DNA of 57,067 bases from assembly GCA_043802785.1 (NCBI GenBank), contig JAZDKR010000012.1, forward strand, positions 1-57,067, in the 5' to 3' direction. The DNA is from Elusimicrobiota bacterium. Its GTDB lineage: Bacteria > Elusimicrobiota > UBA8919. The position numbers and the translations under genes were made by a program. The notes under the pieces were generated by a model that worked only from the letters and a program-made list of their open reading frames with translations, was not told the DNA's origin and searched no databases. The stretch's first letter is position 1. Each line of letters begins with the position of its first letter. Below are positions 46,889 through 55,600 of the stretch, piece after piece.

Positions 46889-48073
46889 CTATAAAAACTC
46901 TCTAAACACACAATTTGCAAACATTATTCCTTTGTCTGTAAGTTTCAGAAAATCGTTCCGCTCCGATAATAAACCATCATTTTTAAGATTGTTGATTTTT
47001 GCTGAAAATTTTTCTTTTATTTTACTTGATATTTTCATCCCGTCGGTAAGCCGTAAGCCGAGCATCAAATCCTCGGACATTTTTTGCTCGTTGTTAAGTT
47101 CTTCAAAATCAGAATGAAATTTTCCGTTTAAGTAATCTGTAAGATTTTCAGTATTTTTTATTCTTTTGCCCTTGATATATGAAACGGCACCAAGTCCAAA
47201 ACCCAGATATTCGCCGTTGCGCCAGTAATTTATGTTGTGCTGACATTGCCGCCCAGGACGACCAAAATTGGAAATCTCATAATGATGATAACCATTTTTT
47301 TTAAGATATTCAATCGCGAATTCATACATATCTGCGGATAAATCATCGTCCACAACAACACCGTTTTTGTGGAAATTCGTGCCTTCTTCAACGGTTAAAT
47401 TATATACGGAAATATGTTCGGTATTAAAAGTTATCGCCTCAGTTAAAGTTTTTTGCCAATCTCTTAATGTCTGCTCTGGGATACCGAAAATTAAATCAAT
47501 GTTTATATTTTCAAAACCGATTTTTCGTGCAATGTCAAATTTTTTTAAAAAATCCTCTTTTGTATGAACCCGCCCGAGTATTTTCAATAAATTATTATCA
47601 AGTGCCTGAAGACCAAAACTTAAGCGGTTAATCCCGAAACTTTTCAGAAGTTTTAATTTGTCCTTCGTAATTGATTCTGGATTTATTTCATATGTACTCT
47701 CATAAGGAGGATTTAATCTGACACATTCTGATTTAAACAGATTACTGAACAAGAATTCAATCTGTTTTTCGGAAAAAATGGAAGGAGTACCACCACCAAC
47801 ATAGATGGAAGATGGAAGATGAAAGATGGAAGATGGAAGACAAAAAGAAAACTCTTTAACGAGAACTTTTAGGTATCTATCTATGAGATTATGAGATTCC
47901 TCGCTCCGCTCGGAATGACCCGCCAGTGGCGGGTCATCTGTGCCATCTGCGGTTTTTCTCTGTGTCATCTGTGTAATCGGTGTTGAGACAAAATCACAAT
48001 AATTACATTTTTTTCTGCAAAACGGTATATGAATATAGATTCCCGTTTTCACGGGAATGACACTTTGTGTCAT
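46889..48073 (-). CDS. hemW: HemN-like radical SAM heme chaperone
   Basis: YIHIPFCRKKCNYCDF, GGGTPS, YEISNF, HNINYW; near lepA. Confidence 0.88.
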   Translation of the reverse strand: MTQSVIPVKTGIYIHIPFCRKKCNYCDFVSTPITQMTQRKTADGTDDPPLAGHSERSEESHNLIDRYLKVLVKEFSFCLPSSIFHLPSSIYVGGGTPSIFSEKQIEFLFSNLFKSECVRLNPPYESTYEINPESITKDKLKLLKSFGINRLSFGLQALDNNLLKILGRVHTKEDFLKKFDIARKIGFENINIDLIFGIPEQTLRDWQKTLTEAITFNTEHISVYNLTVEEGTNFHKNGVVVDDDLSADMYEFAIEYLKKNGYHHYEISNFGRPGRQCQHNINYWRNGEYLGFGLGAVSYIKGKRIKNTENLTDYLNGKFHSDFEELNNEQKMSEDLMLGLRLTDGMKISSKIKEKFSAKINNLKNDGLLSERNDFLKLTDKGIMFANCVFREFL

Positions 48074-48100
48074 TTTTTTTATACGCGTTCATCAGCGTTA

Positions 48101-49000
48101 TTATCCGCGTTTATCTGCGTTTTCCTTTTTTTCTTTAAAAAGTTCGGAAATACCAGCAATGGAACCGAGCACGCCAGATGTTTCTAACGGTAGAAATATC
48201 TTTGTGGCGTGACCATCCGCTACTTTCCCGAGTGTTTCAAGATATTTTATTGCTATAAGATCATTTGTCGGACGACCAGAGTGAATTGCACTGTACACAA
48301 TTTCAATCTGATATTTTTCCGCATCCGCAACTGTTTTTATTGCACCTGCTTTTCCTTCTGCCTCAAGAATCTGTTTTTGCCGAAACCCTTCCGCCTGAAG
48401 AATCTGCGACTGTTTTACTCCTTCCGCCTCTAATATCACTGCCCTCTTTTCCCTCTCTGCTTTCATCTGCTTACTCATCGCGGTTGTAATATCAGCGGGT
48501 GGATCAATTTTACGCAGTTCAACACGGGTAACTTTTACTCCCCAAGCATCTGTTGCTTCATCCAAAACTTCGCGCAGTGTTGAGTTTATTTTTAAACGAG
48601 AAGTTAATGTCTCATCCAAAAGCATATCACCGATAACATTTCTCAAGTTTGTCTGTGCAAGATTAATCGCTGCCTGAACGAAATTTGCAACATTGTAAAG
48701 AACCTTAAAGGGATCCGTAATTTTGAAATAAATAATCGCATCAACTGTAACGGCGACATTATCTTTCGTAATTACATCCTGCGGTGGTACATCCAAAACC
48801 TGCTCGCGCATATCAACTTTTCTTATCGTCTCAAACATCGGAATTACAAAGGCAAGTCCGGAGCCAACGGTTCTGTTAAATTTACCGAGGAACTCCACCA
48901 AACCTTTTTCAAACGGTCTTATGATGCGAAGCGCCATCTTCGCAAAAATGAATAACAAAACCACTACAACAATTACAAACGGAACAGGAATCTGCTGCAT
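48101..49000 (-). CDS. SPFH/band 7 (stomatin-like) protein
   Basis: VITKDNV.V.VDA, QTNLRNVIG, QMKAEREKRA. Confidence 0.95.
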   Translation of the reverse strand: MQQIPVPFVIVVVVLLFIFAKMALRIIRPFEKGLVEFLGKFNRTVGSGLAFVIPMFETIRKVDMREQVLDVPPQDVITKDNVAVTVDAIIYFKITDPFKVLYNVANFVQAAINLAQTNLRNVIGDMLLDETLTSRLKINSTLREVLDEATDAWGVKVTRVELRKIDPPADITTAMSKQMKAEREKRAVILEAEGVKQSQILQAEGFRQKQILEAEGKAGAIKTVADAEKYQIEIVYSAIHSGRPTNDLIAIKYLETLGKVADGHATKIFLPLETSGVLGSIAGISELFKEKKENADKRG

Positions 49001-49019
49001 AAAAAACCTCCTTAAACGG

Positions 49020-49085
49020 CAGAGATTAAGAGATTAAGAGATTCGGTTTTACCCTAATATCCTAATCTCCATTTTCCTAATCTCT
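49020..49085. repeat. GAGATTRRG/CCTAATCTC palindromic element
   Basis: Shares CCTAATATCCTAATCTCCATTTTCCTAATCTCT with 44521-44553. Confidence 0.85.
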
Positions 49086-49518
49086 ATTCTCTATTCTCTG
49101 CCTTCTTAACTATCAACCGCACGCCTTTTACTTCAATAATTTTTACCTGACTGCCTTTCTGGATTTCTTCCGACGATTCAGCAAGCCATTCCTCGCCCTC
49201 AATTTTTACCCTGCCAAATTTATTCGGTTTTATTTCTTCCAAAACAACGGCTTCCTGATTTATAATAGCATCCACATTAGCGGGGCGGGAAGTTTTTTTC
49301 ATAAGTTTATTAACGAGCGGGCGGGAGAAAATTATCGCCGAAAGCGAGACGGTAAAAAACACCGCCCAGTTTAGCCACATCAAACCGAATACGGTTGTTA
49401 CTGCCGCAAAAACAGCACCCAAACCGAAACATGCAAAGAAAAACACCGTTGGTGAAATCATTTCATAAATAAAAAGAATTGCCGCGATCACCGCCCATGT
49501 AAGCCAATTTTCAAACAT
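49084..49518 (-). CDS. NfeD-family protein
   Basis: TM N-terminus; GRVKIEGEEWLA OB fold; upstream of SPFH; start at MFENW. Confidence 0.9.
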   Translation of the reverse strand: MFENWLTWAVIAAILFIYEMISPTVFFFACFGLGAVFAAVTTVFGLMWLNWAVFFTVSLSAIIFSRPLVNKLMKKTSRPANVDAIINQEAVVLEEIKPNKFGRVKIEGEEWLAESSEEIQKGSQVKIIEVKGVRLIVKKAENRE

Positions 49519-49635
49519 ATTTACCTCACTCCGTTCGGTAACGCTAAACTGACGCCGAACTTGTAACACCCCGCGAAACTGACGCCAAACAGTTCCGCGT
49601 CTGTTTTGCGTTTTCAGTTTTGCGTCTGTTCCGCG

Positions 49636-50439
49636 TTACTTAATAAGTTTCACTCTTTTCGGTGGCCAGTAAATCAGAAGCGGACTGCCTTTGACATATT
49701 TCCCTTCAAGCGTGCCCCAGAAACGGGAGTCCTTACTGTTGTTACGGTTATCACCGAGCATAAAATAATGACCCGTCGGAACCGTTATGGGCCCAAAATT
49801 ATCCCGCCGGGGAATGTCGTCGTTATAGACATCGGAAAAAATAACATATTTTTCTTTTTGAAGCACACCGTTCAAATATAATTTTTGTCTTTTGATTTCA
49901 ATTTTGTCGCCGGCAATTCCGATACATCTTTTTACAAAGTCCTTTTTCACGCCGGATTCTCTTTCGTAGGGTTCAAGTGCCTGAGGCGGCGCAGCAAAAA
50001 CAACGATGTCGCCACGCACCGGCTTTTTTATTACCCATATTCTCTTCATTTTCATTTTCACGCTGTCTGAAAATGAAGGATAAAAAAGCCGCGTTCCGTA
50101 GATGAATTTATTAACGAAAAGCTGGTCGCCTTCCAAAAGCGTATTTCTCATTGAACCCGAAGGAATCTTAAACGCCTGAAGGAGAAAATACATTATCAAA
50201 AATGCAAAAAAACCCGACCATACAAGCGTGTCCGCCCACTCGGTTGCCTCGGCGAGCGCTTTTTTCAGAAACCCCTTTGATTTTTTTCCGATTTTTCTGA
50301 AAACAACGGCACAGATTATAGAAACCCCGACGATAATGCCCAGTTTCATCTCCATCGGATATTCCTGCATTTTGAAAAAGACATATACGACAGTGCCTAT
50401 TTCCGCCGCTGAAAAAATCAAAAAAAGTAAAAAGTTCAC
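49636..50439 (-). CDS. lepB: Signal peptidase I
   Basis: IPSGSM, FVKRCIG, GDNRNNSKDSR. Confidence 0.95.
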   Translation of the reverse strand: MNFLLFLIFSAAEIGTVVYVFFKMQEYPMEMKLGIIVGVSIICAVVFRKIGKKSKGFLKKALAEATEWADTLVWSGFFAFLIMYFLLQAFKIPSGSMRNTLLEGDQLFVNKFIYGTRLFYPSFSDSVKMKMKRIWVIKKPVRGDIVVFAAPPQALEPYERESGVKKDFVKRCIGIAGDKIEIKRQKLYLNGVLQKEKYVIFSDVYNDDIPRRDNFGPITVPTGHYFMLGDNRNNSKDSRFWGTLEGKYVKGSPLLIYWPPKRVKLIK

Positions 50440-50506
50440 CCTATTAGACCTCCATCAATACCCTGCCAAACCTTCTCGTATACAGCACAGATCTAACAGG
50501 GTTCAT
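50434..50506. mobile_element. 67-bp CCCTGTTAGA...TCTAATAGGG element at the lepB start, flanked by a TGAAC duplication
   Basis: Minus strand ATGAAC-CCTGTTAGA...GGAGG-TCTAATAGGG-TGAAC-TTT. Confidence 0.6.
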
Positions 50507-50551
50507 GTTTTTTTAATGGTTTTAATGAGGCTATTGAAAAAGTCATTTCTG

Positions 50552-50624
50552 ATGTCATTCCTGTGGAAGCAGGAATCTATATTCCGACGGTTATGGATTC
50601 CCGATAACAACATTCGGGAATGAC
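50552..50624. repeat. GTCATTCCY palindrome pair (dRS3/REP-like)
   Basis: TGTCATTCCTGTGGAAGCAGGAATCT ... GGATTCCCGATAACAACATTCGGGAATGACA. Confidence 0.75.
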
Positions 50625-50669
50625 AAGCAATCCTATTATATTAAAAATCATATAGAAATCAACTAAAAA

Positions 50670-52538
50670 TTACTCAGCGTCAAGTTGTAGCACCGCCAGA
50701 AACGCCTCTTGAGGAATTGAAACATTGCCAAACTGCTTCATTTTTTTCTTGCCTTCTTTCTGCTTTTCAAGAAGTTTTCTTTTTCTTGAAATGTCGCCGC
50801 CATAACATTTGGCTATTACATCTTTTCTTAACGCACGGACATTTTCACGGGCAATGATTTTTCCCGAAACAGATGCCTGTATGGGAATCTCAAACTGCTG
50901 CCTGGGAATAAGTCCTCTCAATTTGTCCACTATTTTTCTTCCGTAAAATTCGGCATTATTTTTATGAATAACAAATGAGAGAGCATCAACTGTCTCACTG
51001 TTAACAAGAATGTCCATCTTTACCAATTCCGATTCTTTATAGTCAGAAAATTCATAGTCAAACGAGGCATAGCCGGATGAAACGGATTTCAGATTATCGT
51101 AAAAATCCACGATTACATCAGCCAACGGCATCTCGTAGACAAGTTTTACTTTATCCTCGGTAATGTATGTCATATCAAGAAAATCGCCTCTTTTTCCCTC
51201 GCAAAGAGCCATCACATTTCCAACAAACTGGGACGGCAAAATAATTGTCGCAAGAATATACGGCTCATAAATTTTTTCTATAAATTGCCTTTCGGGAAAT
51301 TTTGACGGATTTTCTATTTCAATTATAGATTGCTTCACCCCGATTTCATCGGGGTTCGCAATGACAGTCGAGGGAACTTCGCCACTACTTGTTCTATTGC
51401 ATTTTATTCTATACCTAACATTGGGCGCTGTGATGATAAGATTAAGATCAAACTCTCTCTGAAGTCGCTCCTTGACGATATCCATATGAAGAAGTCCCAA
51501 AAATCCGCAACGGTATCCGAACCCGAGTGCAACGGATGTTTCCGGCTGATAAAAAAAAGAGGAATCCTCTAAATGAAGTTTTCCCATCGCTTTTGATAGA
51601 TTGGCATAATCGCCCGGCTGAACTGGATATAATCCACAGAACACAAATGGCTTTAATTCACGATAACCAGGATGAGGTGTCACCGTCTGGTTTTCAAATC
51701 CCGTGATGGTATCTCCGATTTTTATTTTGTGAATATCCCTGATTCCCAAAATTACATAACCAACCTCGCCAGCGGAAAGTTTTTTGGTCATTGAACGTCC
51801 GGCAGGAGCGTCTGGATTTTGAATTTGAAAAAACCCAACTTCTTCAACATCAAATTTTTCTAAGTTTGATAAAAAAATTACTTTATCGCCGGTTGAAATT
51901 TCACCGTCAAAAATCCGTACATAAATTATAACCCCGCGAAATGAATCGTAATGCGAATCAAACACTAATGCTTTGAGCGGTTTTTTTATATCACCGCTGG
52001 GAGCAGGAATTTTTAAAATTATAGCGTCAACAATCTCTTTTGTGCCGATGTTCTGCTTGGCAGAAATAAGAATAGGACTTTCTTTAATTTTCAGCACTTT
52101 CTCTATCTGTTGGGCGGTCTTTGAAACATCCGCCTGCTTTAAGTCAATTTTGTTGATAACCGGAATGATTTTCAGGTTGTGCTGGTGGGCAAGTTCAAAA
52201 TTGGAAAGCGTCTGCGCCTCAACGCCCTGAGAGGCGTCAACCAAAAGAAGGCAGCCCTCGCAGGCGGCAAGCGCGCGGGAAACCTCGTAAGTAAAATCAA
52301 CATGACCCGGGGTGTCTATCAGATTCAACTGATAAGTTTCACCCGTGGAAGTTGTGTAATTCAAGCGGACCGCTTTTGCCTTAATTGTAATTCCACGCTC
52401 TCTTTCCAAATCCATCGCATCTAAAACCTGTCCATGATGTGAAGTGGAAATTGCGGATGTCAACTCCAAAAGACGGTCTGCCAAAGTGGATTTTCCGTGG
52501 TCAATATGTGCTATGATAGAAAAATTTCGGATGTTCAT
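50670..52538 (-). CDS. lepA: Elongation factor 4
   Basis: IAHIDHGKSTLADR, DTPGHVDF, KCYGGDISRKRKLL. Confidence 0.98.
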   Translation of the reverse strand: MNIRNFSIIAHIDHGKSTLADRLLELTSAISTSHHGQVLDAMDLERERGITIKAKAVRLNYTTSTGETYQLNLIDTPGHVDFTYEVSRALAACEGCLLLVDASQGVEAQTLSNFELAHQHNLKIIPVINKIDLKQADVSKTAQQIEKVLKIKESPILISAKQNIGTKEIVDAIILKIPAPSGDIKKPLKALVFDSHYDSFRGVIIYVRIFDGEISTGDKVIFLSNLEKFDVEEVGFFQIQNPDAPAGRSMTKKLSAGEVGYVILGIRDIHKIKIGDTITGFENQTVTPHPGYRELKPFVFCGLYPVQPGDYANLSKAMGKLHLEDSSFFYQPETSVALGFGYRCGFLGLLHMDIVKERLQREFDLNLIITAPNVRYRIKCNRTSSGEVPSTVIANPDEIGVKQSIIEIENPSKFPERQFIEKIYEPYILATIILPSQFVGNVMALCEGKRGDFLDMTYITEDKVKLVYEMPLADVIVDFYDNLKSVSSGYASFDYEFSDYKESELVKMDILVNSETVDALSFVIHKNNAEFYGRKIVDKLRGLIPRQQFEIPIQASVSGKIIARENVRALRKDVIAKCYGGDISRKRKLLEKQKEGKKKMKQFGNVSIPQEAFLAVLQLDAE

Positions 52539-52546
52539 GATAACAT

Positions 52547-52677
52547 CAGGATTAAGGATTAAGTAGTCAGGATTAAGTTGTAAGTAGTAAGAATTAAGTT
52601 TTAAATCTTTTACTTAATCCTTATCACTTATCACTTACCACTTACCCCTTACCACTTACCACTTAATCCTTATTACT
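52547..52677. repeat. Inverted heptamer tracts filling the lepA/rpoC divergent spacer
   Basis: (GATTAAG/TAGTAAG)n followed by (CTTATCA/CTTACCA)n. Confidence 0.88.
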
Positions 52678-52686
52678 GGTGTTAAT

Positions 52687-55600
52687 ATGGCGAAATTCAT
52701 TAAAAATCAGTTAAAAAAATCATTAAAGCCGAAAAGAAAAACTGTCGACCAGTTAAATTATGCAGAGTTTGACAGAATCAAAATTTCTCTCGCATCACCG
52801 GAGGTTATCCGTTCGTGGAGTTATGGTGAGGTGAGAAAACCGGAGACAATAAATTACAGGACATTCAAACCGGAGAGGGACGGTCTTTTTTGCGAAAAAA
52901 TTTTTGGGCCCGTTAACGACTGGGAATGCAACTGCGGAAAATATAAATGGGTCAAGCACAAGGGTATTGTATGCGACAGATGTGGCGTTGAGGTTACAGA
53001 ATCAAAAGTTCGTCGAGAGCGAATGGGTCATATTGATCTTGCCACTCCTATTGCACATATCTGGTTTATGAGAAAGAATCCTTCCAAAATCGCAACGCTT
53101 TTGGATATGAAACTTTCAGATATTGAAAAAATAGTTTATTATGCAATGTATGTTGTTTTATCCGTAGAAAAGAATGAAAACAAACTTCCGCTCTATGAAA
53201 AACAACTCCTGACCGACGAGGAATATCAAAAATACAAAAGTGATGCGGAATTGAAATTTAAGGTGGGAATAGGTGCGAGTGCGATTTTGGAGTTGATAAG
53301 AAATACTGATTTGGATAAAGAGGCGAAGGAAATTACTGCCGACATTAAAAAAGGGAAGTCAGAGGCAAACAAGATTAAGTTTGTCAAACGGCTTCGTCTC
53401 ATAAACGGGTTTTTGAAAAGCGGATTTAAGCCAGAATGGATGATTTTCACTACAATTCCTGTTCTTCCTCCTGATTTAAGGCCATTGGTTCCTCTTGAAG
53501 GAGGCAGGTTTGCGGCATCCGACTTGAACGATTTATACAGAAGAATAATAAACAGAAATAACCGTCTTCGTCATTTGGAAGCACTGAAATCGCCGGAACT
53601 TATGATTCACAATGAAAAACGTCTATTGCAGGAAGCAGTTGACTCGCTTTTTGAAAACGGTGCCAAGGGAAAAATTGTAACAGGTGCCGGCAACAGACCT
53701 TTGAAATCACTTTCCGATGTTATCAAGGGCAAAAACGGCCGTTTCCGTCAAAATCTTCTTGGAAAAAGGGTTGATTATTCAGGAAGAAGCGTTATAGTTG
53801 TTGGACCAGAAATGAAGTTGAGCCAGTGCGGACTTCCGAAAGAAATGGCTCTTGAACTGTTCAAACCATACATTATCAAAGAAATAATATCCCGAGGGTT
53901 TGTGTCATCGCTAAAAGCCGCAAAAAGATTTTTAGAAAAAGAGCGTCCCGAGGTCTGGGATATATTAGAGACAATAACAAAAAACCATCCGGTTATGCTG
54001 AACAGAGCGCCTACTTTGCATCGTATGGGCATTCAGGCATTTTATCCGGTTTTGATTGAGGGTCGTGCGATACGACTTCATCCTTTAACCTGCACGGCGT
54101 TCAATGCCGATTTTGATGGCGACCAGATGGCTGTTCATATTCCGCTTTCAGCGGAAGCAATCAAAGAAGTTAACGAAAGGATGCTTTCAACCAAAAATCT
54201 GCTTCTTCCTTCAAGTGGAAGACCGGTTGTTTCGCCCAGTCAGGATATGGTTGTCGGCTGTGCTTATCTTACAAAGCCAAAAGACGGCGTTATGGGCGAG
54301 GGAATGATTTTTTCGGATACCGACGAGGTATTATCGGCATATCAAAATGGACAGATTGACCTCAATGCGAAAATAAAAGTGAGAGGAATAAATAAAATCA
54401 GGGAAGAAGAGAGTGAGAGAGGAAGAGAGAAAGAGAGTAAGAGAGAAGTAGCGGCGGGATTGCGAGCCCGCAAAAATGTTGGAAGTTGGGCTGATTACAC
54501 AACAGTAGGGCGAGTGATATTCAACAGCATAATTCCATCCGAGTTGGGTTTTACAAACAAATCAGTTGGGAAAAAAGATGTTGCTAACATAGTTGAAGCA
54601 TCTTTCAAAAAATTAGGCAATGACAAGACCGTTATTCTGTTGGACGAAATTAAAAAAATGGGTTTTCGTTATGCGACACTTTCCGGACTTTCAATTTCCA
54701 TTGATGATCTAATTGTTCCGAACGAAAAGTCAAAAATGATAAATGAAACACGGGGAAAAGTTAAAGAATTTGAAAGACAGGCAAGAAAGGGAGTCATCAC
54801 AAACAAAGAAAGATATGAAAAAATCATTGACGAATGGACGAGAACGACTGATAAAATTTGCGATTTAATGTTTGATAAAATGGAAGCACAGGAATCGTTC
54901 CCTTATAAAGAGGGCGAGCCAAAGTTCAACTCGCTTTTTATTATGTCAAATTCCGGTGCGCGTGGAAGCCGGGCACAGGTAAGGCAATTGGGTGGTATGC
55001 GAGGGCTTATGGCTAAACCGGCAAAACGGCTGACCGGTCAAATTGGCGAAATTATTGAGCAGCCGGTTGAGGCGAATTTTAGAGAAGGACTTACCGTTTT
55101 GGAATATTTTATTTCAACCCACGGTGGAAGAAAAGGACTTGCCGACACAGCACTTAAAACATCGGAAGCCGGCTATCTAACTCGCCGTCTTGTTGATGTC
55201 GCTCATGATGTGGTGATTACAGAGGATGACTGCGGCACATTAAACGGAATAAAAGTAGGTGCGATTGTTTCGGGTGATGAAGCAATAGAGTCATTAGCCG
55301 AAAGAATTGTCGGAAGATGCGCACTTGATAATATCGTCGGAGTTATTCAGACACCGTCCGGAGAATACAAAGAAGAACTTATAATAAAAGAGCATGAAAT
55401 AATAACGGCGGAGCAGTCAAAAATGGTGGTTCATGCCGGCATTGAATCCATTAGAATCCGTTCCGTTTTAACCTGCGAGACAAAAAACGGCATCTGTGCA
55501 AAGTGTTATGGACTTGATCTCGCAACCGCCAGAGAGATAGAAAAAGGCGAGGCGATTGGTATAATAGCGGCACAGTCCATCGGTGAGCCGGGTACGCAGT

